NCBI GenBank assembly: GCA_043801165.1
Contig: JAZDMG010000042.1
Coordinates: forward strand, 89-64,088
From: an archaeon
Lineage (GTDB): Archaea; Nanobdellota; Nanobdellia; Woesearchaeales; SM23-78
DNA length: 64,000 bases
Direction of reading: 5' to 3'
Shown here: piece by piece, positions 35,406-44,930 of the stretch
Layout of the letters: the number at the start of each line of letters is the position of its first letter
How positions within the stretch are numbered: the first letter of the stretch is position 1
The notes under the pieces: model-generated
What the model was told of the DNA's origin: nothing
The model's input: the letters and a program-made list of their open reading frames with translations, nothing else
Databases searched by the model: none
Translations under genes and position numbers: made by a program

Positions 35406-36452
35406 TCACCACTGCTTCTCGCAGCTGATGGTATTTTCCTTGATGGTGAACTTAGAATCAAGGAACTTCTCAGCCACATAGATGTTTGACCTGACATGGT
35501 CTGTTATCTTGGTTGTTCGGATGACTCCGCCGGCTACTGCTATGAAAGGAATCAGTTGGTCTGCAAGATATTCATCAACAGCAGCGCCTGATTCAATGAT
35601 CTCAACCAGCCGCTCAGCTGCCTCCATGCCGACGAGCTCTGCCTTCTTTCCACGCTCTCCGAGGGAATCTGCTCCAAGAACGATTGGGTTTGCCTGGTCT
35701 ATCTCATCATCTCCGAACACAGCCCAGAGGGTTATGCCGCTGCCAGTGCTTTCTGATTTTGAGTATTGCGTCGAGATCCTGATCGGCACCTTCATTTTTC
35801 TGAGGCTCAGCTCTGCATTCGCTGCCTGTCGGTCAGCCACCTTTGCATCTGCAAGGTCTGCTGATGCATGGCTCACTCCCCTCATCTGCAGCAGATGCTT
35901 CTGCTCCACGAGCAGCAGTGAAGGAGCATCCTCCGGGGAGCATCTTCCGTTGATGCTGATCCTTATCTCTCCGCCGCCTTTAGGGTAATATCCTCTCTTG
36001 AAAAGGTTCGCCTCGATGTCAGCATATCTTCTTGCCTGAGCGAGGAAGACTGAGTTGAAGTAATCGAATGGCTGGGACCATTTCACATCAGTCCCTCCGA
36101 TGATTATGAAAGAGACTTTTTTTCCTGAGAATATGCTGGGAAGAATCAGCGATTGCATCAGAAGAGTTATTGATCCTGCTGTCCCGATGTCTATCCTATA
36201 GCTGCCGCTCTTGAACTCTCCTGGCTTGAAAGAGACCTCTGTGCTGCCAAGATAATTTCCGACCACCTCTGCCTCGCAGAGCTTGGCTGCGGCCTCAAGG
36301 CTTGCCTGGTGCTGTGGAGCAAGACCAGGATTCTCACGCCCTTTCCTGATGTTGACTATCCTGAACTCCTTGCCTGTCAGGATGCTCAAGGCCAAGGCCT
36401 GCCTGAACACAGAGCCTCCTCCTTCTCCAAAACTTCCGTCAAGCTCTATCAT
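35406..36452 (-). CDS. rtcA: RNA 3'-terminal phosphate cyclase
   Basis: IELDGSFGEGGG, RGYYPKGGG, VDEYLADQL and H.RSN. Confidence 0.95.
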   Translation of the reverse strand: MIELDGSFGEGGGSVFRQALALSILTGKEFRIVNIRKGRENPGLAPQHQASLEAAAKLCEAEVVGNYLGSTEVSFKPGEFKSGSYRIDIGTAGSITLLMQSLILPSIFSGKKVSFIIIGGTDVKWSQPFDYFNSVFLAQARRYADIEANLFKRGYYPKGGGEIRISINGRCSPEDAPSLLLVEQKHLLQMRGVSHASADLADAKVADRQAANAELSLRKMKVPIRISTQYSKSESTGSGITLWAVFGDDEIDQANPIVLGADSLGERGKKAELVGMEAAERLVEIIESGAAVDEYLADQLIPFIAVAGGVIRTTKITDHVRSNIYVAEKFLDSKFTIKENTISCEKQW

Positions 36453-36561
36453 GCATCATAAGAATATTCAGTGGTATAAATAATTTTGGCAATTGGGAGA
36501 ATGCCATAAAACATTTCAGGATAAATAGAAAAATCAGAATAAATAAAAATTAAAATAATTT

Positions 36562-36795
36562 TTAACGCTCGAAAGGCTTAAGCCTTCTCACACCAATGGG
36601 AAGCACTCCTGCATCGAACTCCAGCTTGGCGATGTCAACAGGGTTGTACTTCAGCTCTGCGAGCTGCTTGGGAGAAAGCTTGACAAGGAAAGGAGCTCCC
36701 ATGCTTATCTGGAGCGCCCTTGAGCCTATAAGTCTTGCCTTCTCATACTTGGTGTATTCGTTCTCTCCGAGCGGTTCTATCTGGTGGTCAATCAT
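36562..36795 (-). CDS. rpoK: RNA polymerase subunit K (Rpo6)
   Basis: [22 protein letters not shown]. Confidence 0.95.
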   Translation of the reverse strand: MIDHQIEPLGENEYTKYEKARLIGSRALQISMGAPFLVKLSPKQLAELKYNPVDIAKLEFDAGVLPIGVRRLKPFER

Positions 36796-37577
36796 CTTAA
36801 TGCCTCTTTAACCTTCTGCCTTAGATCATGGCTCTTCCTAATCGCAAGGTCTACCATATCATTTATATCTTTTGCGGTAAGGCTCTCAGTCCCGCCCTTC
36901 TGCATGGCGCAGAGAGTGCCATCCTCGAGCACAGCCACTGTCAGGCGTGCATCGATGCCTTTCTCCTCATCGTCCGTAGGGTCCAATATGAAATTGTCAC
37001 CTACCTTGAACACCGTGACAGGGACCGGCATGGTTGTGACAGGCAACATCTTGTCTGTCTTTGAGCCGATCACGATCTTGTCATTCTTGAGCTCAGGCAT
37101 CTTTGTGCAGTAGAGAGCAGTCAATGCTGCCATGCCGCCTACATCTATGAGGTTTCCATCATAGTTGAGAGGGACGATATCAATCATCACGTTCCAGACC
37201 AGTTCGCCTGCCCTTATGCATAGCTTCTTGGTGTCGATGGCTTTTCCTTCCCTGATGCCCCTGTCGATGACTCTTGCCACCTCTATCGATTCTATGCTTG
37301 GGGGTCCTGACTCAAACCTAGGGTTTGACATCGGCAGGAGCTCTGACCCTACCATCATGACTCCATCTTCCTGGGTGTCAGGATAGGGCTTGGCGACCTC
37401 TAGCTTTATGCCTGCGACGACAACTGTCTCGCCGCACTTGACCATGGCGCTTCCCTCGGCAGTCGATATCATGTTTGCGGTTATCTCTATCTGCCTGAAC
37501 TCGTCGCGCTTCCTTCCGTCGGCGCGGATTCCTTTTTTCAATGCCTCATTGATATGGGCTTTAATTTCTTCATTCAT
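36792..37577 (-). CDS. rrp42: Exosome core subunit Rrp42
   Basis: [28 protein letters not shown]; RNase PH fold; operon position. Confidence 0.95.
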   Translation of the reverse strand: MNEEIKAHINEALKKGIRADGRKRDEFRQIEITANMISTAEGSAMVKCGETVVVAGIKLEVAKPYPDTQEDGVMMVGSELLPMSNPRFESGPPSIESIEVARVIDRGIREGKAIDTKKLCIRAGELVWNVMIDIVPLNYDGNLIDVGGMAALTALYCTKMPELKNDKIVIGSKTDKMLPVTTMPVPVTVFKVGDNFILDPTDDEEKGIDARLTVAVLEDGTLCAMQKGGTESLTAKDINDMVDLAIRKSHDLRQKVKEALR

Positions 37578-37593
37578 CTTGATTCACCTTTAA

Positions 37594-38382
37594 TCATTCG
37601 TTGTTCGTGTTATAGTCCTGGCCGCTGCTCTCGCTCGCTGATGGCTGAGCATCATCCTCTGCCACAGCTCCCTCGAATCCTTCATCCTTGTATTTCTCCT
37701 TGAGGGCTTTGCGCTGTATCTCAGCTATTTTCTTGAGCACAGGAGTCACTTTATCGATGCCTTTCAGCAGGTCTTCCTTTGTGAGCTTTCCGTCGCACTG
37801 CAGCAATGTCACCTCGCCGGTGCTAGGGACCATGGCGATTGGTATGTCTGCCACATCCAATTCATGCTGATGCTCCTCATCTCCATTAAGGTCTATGACG
37901 ACCTGATGGTCAATCACTCCTACGCTTACGGCTGCCACCATGTCCTTCATGGTGATGCCTGCATCAGCAAGGGCTATGGCTGCTGCGCATATGCCTGCGC
38001 ACCTTGAGCCTGCATCAGTCTCTGTCAGCTCTATGAACACATCGACCACTGCGTTGGGGTAATCCTCAAGGTTCACAGCAGGCAGCAATGCCTTCACCGT
38101 GACCATGCTGATCTCCTTGCTTCGCCTGCTTGGCCCTGGCCTGATCCTGTCTGTGCCGCTGAATGGCAGCATGTTGTAGTTGCACCTAAGCACTCCTTTC
38201 TTTGGGTCCTGCATGTGCTTTGGGTTCATCTCTCTAGGGCCGTAGACTGCTGCGAATGCTGCAGTGTCCCCGATCTTGAAGAATGCGCTTCCATCTGCCT
38301 TCTTTATGACGCCTGCCTTTGCAGAAATAGGCCTTGTTTCGTCAAATCCTCTTCCGTCCAATCTTTTGGTGTATTTGCTCAT
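37594..38382 (-). CDS. rrp41: Exosome core subunit Rrp41
   Basis: RLDGR...R, AVYGPRE, RRSKEIS, DAGSR; acidic C-terminal tail. Confidence 0.95.
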   Translation of the reverse strand: MSKYTKRLDGRGFDETRPISAKAGVIKKADGSAFFKIGDTAAFAAVYGPREMNPKHMQDPKKGVLRCNYNMLPFSGTDRIRPGPSRRSKEISMVTVKALLPAVNLEDYPNAVVDVFIELTETDAGSRCAGICAAAIALADAGITMKDMVAAVSVGVIDHQVVIDLNGDEEHQHELDVADIPIAMVPSTGEVTLLQCDGKLTKEDLLKGIDKVTPVLKKIAEIQRKALKEKYKDEGFEGAVAEDDAQPSASESSGQDYNTNNE

Positions 38383-39320
38383 TGTGATCCCCTCGGTTGA
38401 TAGGTTCGCCTTGGTGGGCCTCTGTATCCGCCTCCACCGCCGCCTCCTCTGTTGCCGCCATAGCCACCACCGTAGCCACCGCCTCCTCTTTGCTCGTACT
38501 CACGCCTTGGCTCTCGGGGCCTGTATTCTCTCTGCTCTCCGCTAGAGCTTTGGCCCTGGCCTTCATCATGCTGCTGGTACTCGCCGCCTTCATCGCTGCC
38601 AGACTCCAGGCTCTCAAGCTCTATGGTTTTGCCGGTGGCTTTCTCAAGGAACTCCTTGATTCTCTCGGTCAGGCCGCTGGTGTGGGATTTGTCCTCGATC
38701 ATCCTGATGGTGTTGATGGCTATCATCTCCATCTCAGCTGCTCCGCTGACCCAGGCCACGCCGTTCTGTCCGACGATGACCCTGCAGTCAGTCGCTCTCT
38801 TGATCATGGAGACCATGGAGCCTTTCTTCCCGATTATCCTTGGCACCTTGTGGGTGTTGACATGGATTATCTGGCCGCCCCTTATCTTCTGCAGCCCAGG
38901 CCCTTTGCAGGTGACATCCACCAGCTTCTGGCTCGTGACATTGGTGATCTTGACCACCATGTAATCCTCGAGCTCAAAGTATTGGGTCAGGTCAGCTCCT
39001 TTCTCTATGAAATTGAAGCTTGCATCCTTCAGCGGAAGAACTGCGGTGTAGGGGCTGTTGATATCCATTCTCCAGCCGCTCATGAGGATGTCAACCACTT
39101 GTCCGATTATGACATCATTGCTCTTGGGAAGATATCTTCCTGAGAGCGGAACAGTCTTCAATACTTTCCCGTCTATCATTAACAATCCCAGGCGGTTGGC
39201 CATTATCGTGTCGCCAAGCCTGTAGCTGCCGTATCCTGGAAGATAGCTCATTCCCTGAGCAAGCACTTCACCCGGCACTACCACGTCCCTGTCTTTTACA
39301 AAAAGTTTCTCTTCATTCAT
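38379..39320 (-). CDS. rrp4: Exosome cap subunit Rrp4 (S1 and KH domains) with an RGG-rich tail
   Basis: VVPGEVL, YLP..NDVIIG, KVPRIIGKKGSM (KH GxxG). True start is 39320; the longer track ORF runs through an A-rich spacer. Confidence 0.93.
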   Translation of the reverse strand: MNEEKLFVKDRDVVVPGEVLAQGMSYLPGYGSYRLGDTIMANRLGLLMIDGKVLKTVPLSGRYLPKSNDVIIGQVVDILMSGWRMDINSPYTAVLPLKDASFNFIEKGADLTQYFELEDYMVVKITNVTSQKLVDVTCKGPGLQKIRGGQIIHVNTHKVPRIIGKKGSMVSMIKRATDCRVIVGQNGVAWVSGAAEMEMIAINTIRMIEDKSHTSGLTERIKEFLEKATGKTIELESLESGSDEGGEYQQHDEGQGQSSSGEQREYRPREPRREYEQRGGGGYGGGYGGNRGGGGGGGYRGPPRRTYQPRGSQ

Positions 39321-39426
39321 ATAAATCACTCCGTGTTTGTGTTGTTTTATTGTCTGTCTTTGTATATTGTTTATTGTGTCTCTGCTGTTTTTTGTGTTTT
39401 GCTTTTCGTGTTGTTGTTTTCCTTTT

Positions 39427-40155
39427 CTATCTTTTCTTTGCCGTTGCAGTCTCCACATTAATCTCCACATCGCCGTGGGTCTTGCTCTTGAGCTCGTCCA
39501 TGAGCTCAGAGACCTTTCCTGCAGGCAGCTCTGCCCTGCAGCTCCATGAGCCGTCGCCGAGCCAGTTCTCGCTCACTATGCGGGTCCTGCTTGTGACGGT
39601 GCCGTAGAGCTTTGCTGCATTGAGCGCAGGAATCCTTATGGCAAGGATCTTCTTCTCGAGCGTGATCGGGAGCGCTGTCCTGAGCTTTGCTATTATGTCA
39701 GGCAGCTGGTCCTCTGGCTTCTTGTAGATGTCTATGTTAATCTTCGCCTTTGACATGGCGCCTGTGATCTTGCCCTCTGTCAAGGCATTGCCTGTGTTGG
39801 CATCGGCCGCGTCCCTCAGCAGGATGGCAATGATGACTTTTTTCTTGTCGTTCCTGACATTGTCCTTGTATTCGTCGGTGAAGTGGAGCTCCCCGTCCTT
39901 GATTATCTTCTCTGCGACGGCGGACTGGTCGTTGGTGTTGAATATCTCCTGCATCAGCTGCTCGCTGGCAAGCTCTCCCTTCATGGCATCCCTGAAGACA
40001 TTTGGCGCCTTGAGGGCGTCACGTATATTTGCCTCTCCGTGCCTGAGCTTGATGGCGTTGTCAGGGTCTATGACCACTTCAAAATCATGGCCGTGGGTCT
40101 TGAGCTTCGCCAGGCTCATGCTAACTTTCTCCTTGTCAAAGGTAATGTTGTGCAT
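39427..40155 (-). CDS. Ribosome maturation factor SBDS/Sdo1
   Basis: FEVVIDPD..I, VFRDA.KGE.AS, W..DGSW; conserved position between psmA and rrp4; gaggtga RBS before ATG 40155. Confidence 0.88.
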   Translation of the reverse strand: MHNITFDKEKVSMSLAKLKTHGHDFEVVIDPDNAIKLRHGEANIRDALKAPNVFRDAMKGELASEQLMQEIFNTNDQSAVAEKIIKDGELHFTDEYKDNVRNDKKKVIIAILLRDAADANTGNALTEGKITGAMSKAKINIDIYKKPEDQLPDIIAKLRTALPITLEKKILAIRIPALNAAKLYGTVTSRTRIVSENWLGDGSWSCRAELPAGKVSELMDELKSKTHGDVEINVETATAKKR

Positions 40156-40191
40156 GATATTCACCTCTTTCTGGTATCATAAGCCCTATTC

Positions 40192-40905
40192 TCACAGGAA
40201 CTTTTTGAGCTTCTCCTTGGATATCTTCTTCATCATCTTGTCTTTCTCGTCGATGTAGGCAGCGTCTATCCTCTCTGCGTTGAAGTTGGTGTCCAGGAAT
40301 TTCTTGAGCGCCTTGAAGCAGAGCTTCAATCCTTCATCCAGTGTCATGTCGTCCTTGTATTCTTTCTGCAGGATCTCCTCTACCTCGGTCTCTGCCTCTC
40401 CGATGACAGTGGCCTTGTACTGGTAGAATATCCCTGTCGGGTCTGTCATGAAAAGCTTTTTGCCGCCCTCGTCGATGCCTGCTATGAGCAGGGAGACTCC
40501 GAATGGCCTGAGGCCTCCTGACTGTGTGCACATCTGCTTCAGGTCGCAGATGCTCTTGACCACTGTGATTATGTCGATCGGCGACTCATAGAGGACCTTG
40601 TTCTGCTGGGCCTTGACCTGGGACTGCTCGATGAGCACTCTTGCGTCGCTGATTATGCCTGCTGCTGTGGCCATTATGTGGTCATCGATCTGGAATATCT
40701 TCTCGATGGCCTCGGGCACCACAAGCTTGTCAACTATCCTCTTGTCGGTCACAAGGAGCACTCCGTCCTTGCACACCATGCCAATGGCTGTGTTGCCTAG
40801 CCTGACGGTCTTCTTGGCGTACTCCACCTGGAGCAGCCTTCCGTCTGGGCTGAACATTGTGATCGCTCTGTCATATCCCATCATCTGGTGTTGGACTGGT
40901 TGCAT
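40192..40905 (-). CDS. psmA: Proteasome subunit alpha
   Basis: GYDRAITMFSPDGRLLQVEYA, RPFGVSLL. Confidence 0.97.
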   Translation of the reverse strand: MQPVQHQMMGYDRAITMFSPDGRLLQVEYAKKTVRLGNTAIGMVCKDGVLLVTDKRIVDKLVVPEAIEKIFQIDDHIMATAAGIISDARVLIEQSQVKAQQNKVLYESPIDIITVVKSICDLKQMCTQSGGLRPFGVSLLIAGIDEGGKKLFMTDPTGIFYQYKATVIGEAETEVEEILQKEYKDDMTLDEGLKLCFKALKKFLDTNFNAERIDAAYIDEKDKMMKKISKEKLKKFL

Positions 40906-40989
40906 TTTTTCACTACCTCCTTAACTCATTTCCTTTTGTTTTTTGTATTATTCTTGTTAACGCAATAGGCCTGATTGTTTCTTTGCCTC

Positions 40990-41364
40990 TTAATTTATGT
41001 GCTCCCCTGCCCTGTTGAGCATCCCGCTGACGTATAATGTCCTTATGAGGACTTCCTGATTATTCAGGCTTTTAATCATCACAAAGCATGCACGTACAAA
41101 GTCCACGAACTTCCGCTCGACCTTGAGCAGCCCTCTTTGCTTCTCAGGATTGTACTTGACTGGCATGATGCCTGCCTTGCTGGTGTTGAAAACCCCGAGC
41201 AGGTCATTGATCCTCGCTATCAGCTGCCTGTCAGCATCCCTCTGCAATGGCTTGTCGCTCATGAGCTCATAGGCCAAGTAGCGCTTCTTCTCGCGCATGC
41301 ACGGTCTTAATATGTTGACCTTTGGCTTGTTGCTCTTTTGCGTGTTAGGCTTGTTAGTTGCCAT
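40990..41364 (-). CDS. RNase P protein Pop5/Rpp14
   Basis: REKKRYL...VSG.L..A; upstream of psmA as in the conserved archaeal operon. Confidence 0.85.
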   Translation of the reverse strand: MATNKPNTQKSNKPKVNILRPCMREKKRYLAYELMSDKPLQRDADRQLIARINDLLGVFNTSKAGIMPVKYNPEKQRGLLKVERKFVDFVRACFVMIKSLNNQEVLIRTLYVSGMLNRAGEHIN

Positions 41365-41477
41365 GATGACCGTTCAGAGAAAAAAAGCTTCATCAAATAT
41401 TCGTTTTCTAGTCTGTTGTTCAGTAACGGTCTTTCGCTCGCTCTTCTTCTCTTCCAAGCACAAAAGAATTACGGACG

Positions 41478-41559
41478 GTTTAAAAAGGTTTCTAAAAGCA
41501 TAGCTTTTAGGACCAGAAAATCGTAGATTTTCTCGTTTCTAAAAACATGGTTTTTAGGA
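41478..41559. promoter_or_regulatory. TATA-like box followed by three tandem 8-bp-arm palindromes
   Basis: ctaaaagc-ata-gcttttag, agaaaatc-gta-gattttct and ctaaaaac-atg-gtttttag, centred at 41501, 41524 and 41548. Confidence 0.55.
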
Positions 41560-41567
41560 ACTGCAAA

Positions 41568-43160
41568 TCATTCTTCTCCCTTATAAGGCGGCAGTAGCTG
41601 GTCGTAGTTCTCCCGCCTGATGCCGTGCTTTTCTAGGTGCGATTGGACCTCGTCGAATAGGTCATAGAGAAGTTTCCTAGTGGAAAACGATTCAAGCACC
41701 ACCACAAGTACCGCTGAGTTGGATGATGCCCTGACCAAAGCCGAGGAGCCGTCTTCCAATACGACGCGGACGCCGTTGACTGTGATGAGCTCTCTTATCT
41801 TCCTGCCAGCGAATGGCGTTCCTTTCCTGTGCATCGCGTCAAATTCCTTGATTATCTTGTCGACAATCTCGTATTTTATCTTGTCGTTCTCGACCGCTGG
41901 CTCCATGGTAGGGCTCTGATGGCTCTTTGGCTGCTCTGCGATGAGCGCAGAGAGCAGTTTCTTTTGACGTGATAGTATGGTGCAGAACAGGGCTGCCGAG
42001 AGGCAGGCGTCATCATAGCCGTGGCCAAATGGCTCACGCAAGAAGAAATGTCCGCTTCGCTCAAAGCCTGCAAGAGCATTTACTTCTCGGGTCTTTGCCT
42101 TTACATATGAGTGGCCTGTCTTGCTGAACGTAAGGGTGATGCCATTCTTCTTGAGGACAGGATCCATCAGGTATGCCCCTGTTGATTTGACGTCGATGAC
42201 AATCGGCTTTCCTTTTTCCTGTTCGCTTATGAAGCGCGCGATGAATAAGCCTGCCCGGTCGCTGAAGATCTCATGCCCTTCTTCATTCACGACGCCGAAA
42301 CGGTCTCCGTCACCGTCAGAGCCGACACCTAGGTCTGCCTTGTGCTGCTTTACTGCATCTCCCAATTGCTTTAGGAATTTGATATCCTCTGTGTTCGGGT
42401 TGAAATTAGGGAAATCCCAGTCCAGGTCACAGTTGACTTTTATGATGTCGAAACCAAGCCTTTTCAGCACTTCTGGCAAGAAGATACCTGCTCCGCCGTT
42501 AGCCGTCGATACCACCACTTTGAGTTTTCTTTCGCAGGGATAGGGCTTGCAGCGCTTCACAACCTCTGCTATGTACGCTTCATTGATGTCGAGGCGCTCA
42601 TATTTGCCGCTTCCTCTCTTGAACTTGCCTGCATAGACGCTTTTCTTGAACGTCACGATGTCATCAGGCTCGAAAGTTCTTGAGAATCCCTTCGCGAGCT
42701 TAAGTCCGCACCAGCCGTTGTCGTTGTGGCTTGCGGTAATCATGGCTGCTCCAGTAAATTTCAAGAAATACTGCGCGAAATATAATGTTGGCGTGGCAAC
42801 AACCCCTATGTCGACCACATCAACACCCGTGCTCATGACGCCGGTCATGAAGGCATAGGCCATGCCACGAGAATATGAACGATAATCATTTCCGATGACA
42901 ATCTTCTTCTGCTTGAGAACATTCTGGGCATATGTGCCGTATGCCTGCCCAAGGACTCGAATCCCATCGGCATTGATGCCCGGGAGCACTGCCTTTCCAC
43001 CCTTATTCAATGTCCAGATGGGGCTTCGTAGGTCATATTCCCTGAAAAGGGATTCTGCGACAACAGGCTCAGTCGCCCATTCAATCGACTTATACTGTGC
43101 TTCCTTGAGAATAAGATAATCCTTCTGCTTCTTAATCTTTTTTCCAGTCATAAGGCTCAC
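41568..43160 (-). CDS. Phosphomannomutase/phosphoglucomutase
   Basis: ITASHN (phosphoserine loop), DGDGDR (metal loop), GFERSGH (sugar loop). Confidence 0.95.
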   Translation of the reverse strand: MSLMTGKKIKKQKDYLILKEAQYKSIEWATEPVVAESLFREYDLRSPIWTLNKGGKAVLPGINADGIRVLGQAYGTYAQNVLKQKKIVIGNDYRSYSRGMAYAFMTGVMSTGVDVVDIGVVATPTLYFAQYFLKFTGAAMITASHNDNGWCGLKLAKGFSRTFEPDDIVTFKKSVYAGKFKRGSGKYERLDINEAYIAEVVKRCKPYPCERKLKVVVSTANGGAGIFLPEVLKRLGFDIIKVNCDLDWDFPNFNPNTEDIKFLKQLGDAVKQHKADLGVGSDGDGDRFGVVNEEGHEIFSDRAGLFIARFISEQEKGKPIVIDVKSTGAYLMDPVLKKNGITLTFSKTGHSYVKAKTREVNALAGFERSGHFFLREPFGHGYDDACLSAALFCTILSRQKKLLSALIAEQPKSHQSPTMEPAVENDKIKYEIVDKIIKEFDAMHRKGTPFAGRKIRELITVNGVRVVLEDGSSALVRASSNSAVLVVVLESFSTRKLLYDLFDEVQSHLEKHGIRRENYDQLLPPYKGEE

Positions 43161-43470
43161 CCGATGATGTAAATCCCGTGTAATATTTAAATATTTAATG
43201 GAATTGAAGTAAACTATGAGTAAACTATATATACCACCTGATCCCAGGAGCTTATTTGATGGACAAACAGTTCAAAGCACACCCTATTGAGAAGTTTTTC
43301 TGGATAGTAATAGTGCTTGTGCTCCTAGGATTGATTGCATTGATGTATGCCTGCAGCCTGAGCGCCACGCCTTGATTAGGGGCTCGGCTCTATGGCTCTA
43401 TCATTCTGGCATAGCTGTAGCTTGCATGAAAGAACTCTGAAGAATAGAATCATAAAAATAATATGATAAT

Positions 43471-44244
43471 TTATTTCTTCGCAGGCGCTGCCTTTCCAGC
43501 TGGTGCTGCTGCTTTTCCGCCGGCTGCTGGCTTCCCGCCAGCTCCACCGCCCTTCTCTGTCGGCAGCAATTCCTGGATGATGATGTCTGGTATCTCGAGC
43601 TCCTCCATCCTCTTCCTGATGATCTTGCTCTCCTTGCCTTCCATCTCCTTCATCACTGACTGGGCCTTCTTGATGAACTCATCCCTTCTTGTGGTGAGCT
43701 CTTCCTGGAGCTTCTTCCTCTCCTCGGCTATCTGCTTGAGCTCCTCTGCTGTCAGCTCTGTCTTTCCAGAGGCGATCTTCTTGTCGAAATTGCCTGCGTC
43801 AACAGCCTTGATGGCATCTCTCGCATGCATCTCCTCGACCATCACGCCCATTGAGTTGCAGGTCCCTATGATCTCCTTGACCCTGTCCTTCAGGGTCTTG
43901 CCGCTGAGCGCATCCTCTTTCATCTTTGCGATCTTGATTATCTGCTCTATCTTGATGTCAGCCACGTGCTCGAGCGGGTTTCCTGCGCCCTTTTCTATGC
44001 CGGCCTCTTTCTTTATGAGCTCAGAGGCAGGAGGCGTCCCTACTGTTATCTCAAACTCTTTAGTAGAAGAATCTATTGTTATCTTGACAGGCACCTGCAT
44101 CCCCTTGAAGGCAGCTGTCTTCTTGTTGATCTCAGAAATAACTAGGCCTATGTTGACTCCTTTAGGTCCCAGTGCTGGTCCCAGCGGAGGGGCTGCTGTA
44201 GCCTTTCCTCCTTCCACCAATGCATCAACAACTTCTTTTGACAT
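43471..44244 (-). CDS. rpl11: 50S ribosomal protein uL11 with a long C-terminal extension
   Basis: EGGKATAAPPLGPALGPKGVN, TPPASELIKK, EIIGTC.SMGV. Confidence 0.95.
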   Translation of the reverse strand: MSKEVVDALVEGGKATAAPPLGPALGPKGVNIGLVISEINKKTAAFKGMQVPVKITIDSSTKEFEITVGTPPASELIKKEAGIEKGAGNPLEHVADIKIEQIIKIAKMKEDALSGKTLKDRVKEIIGTCNSMGVMVEEMHARDAIKAVDAGNFDKKIASGKTELTAEELKQIAEERKKLQEELTTRRDEFIKKAQSVMKEMEGKESKIIRKRMEELEIPDIIIQELLPTEKGGGAGGKPAAGGKAAAPAGKAAPAKK

Positions 44245-44348
44245 GTTCTCCTGGAAATATGGCCCATTTATAAATCTTACGGCCGATGAATAATTGAAAA
44301 GAAAGAAGAGAAAAAAAGAAAAAAATAATTATGGATTATTCCAAAGAA

Positions 44349-44930
44349 TCATTTCTTCTTCGGCCTGTCCTTCTTGTCTGCTGTCGGGTTGCATAGGCAG
44401 CAGTCGTCGTCGAAGCACATGCACTCAGGCTCATAGTATTCTCTCGGGTGCTTGCAGCAGGGGCATTTCTCTGGCGGCTCTGTGCCTTCGTGGATGTAGC
44501 CGCACTGGCTGCATTTCCATCTTATGGGCTTGTCCCGCTTGTAGACCATGCCTTTCTCAACCATCTCAAGCAGCTTCTTGTACCTTTTCTCGTGGTGGGC
44601 CTCTACCTCTCCCGTCTCCTTGAAAAGCTTGGCAGCATCCATGTTCTTGTCAGCGAGCGCCTGTTTCTCGAAGCCTGGATACATCTGGTCAGTCTCATAA
44701 TGCTCTCCTTCGATCGCCTTCTTCAGGTTCTCCTTTGTGCTGCCGATTCCCTTCAGGAGCTTGAAATTCTCCTTCGCATGCTGCACTTCGTTCTCAGCAG
44801 TCTCCTCGAAGATCTTTGCTATATAATGCAATCCCTCATTCCTCGCTGCCTTGGCAAAGTAGACATACTTGTTCCTTGCCTGGCTCTCTCCGGCGAACGC
44901 CGCCTTAAGATTTTCCTCGGTCTTGTTCAT
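44349..44930 (-). CDS. rbr: Rubrerythrin
   Basis: GESQA..KY, E..HA, EGE.YE, E..HE di-iron ligands; WKCSQCG...CPCC rubredoxin domain. Confidence 0.92.
   Translation of the reverse strand: MNKTEENLKAAFAGESQARNKYVYFAKAARNEGLHYIAKIFEETAENEVQHAKENFKLLKGIGSTKENLKKAIEGEHYETDQMYPGFEKQALADKNMDAAKLFKETGEVEAHHEKRYKKLLEMVEKGMVYKRDKPIRWKCSQCGYIHEGTEPPEKCPCCKHPREYYEPECMCFDDDCCLCNPTADKKDRPKKK

Noticed and set aside
38441-38480. rrp4 Gly run as a fourth copy of the 17-bp linker
   Set aside because: The codon order differs; used as a negative control instead.
39321-39470. N-terminal extension of Rrp4 in the ORF track
   Set aside because: It is a stop-free, low-complexity A-rich spacer overlapping SBDS; the real start is ATG 39320.
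41488-41559. Mini-CRISPR array
   Set aside because: Only two 25-bp near-repeats; the 22-bp spacer is itself a related palindrome, and there are no cas genes.
43259-43378. Small membrane protein split by a frameshift (MDKQFK... / EKFFWIVIVLVLLGLIALM...)
   Set aside because: Needs an unverified frameshift and has no family match.
43463-44293. 276-aa plus-strand ORF
   Set aside because: Antisense shadow of rpl11.
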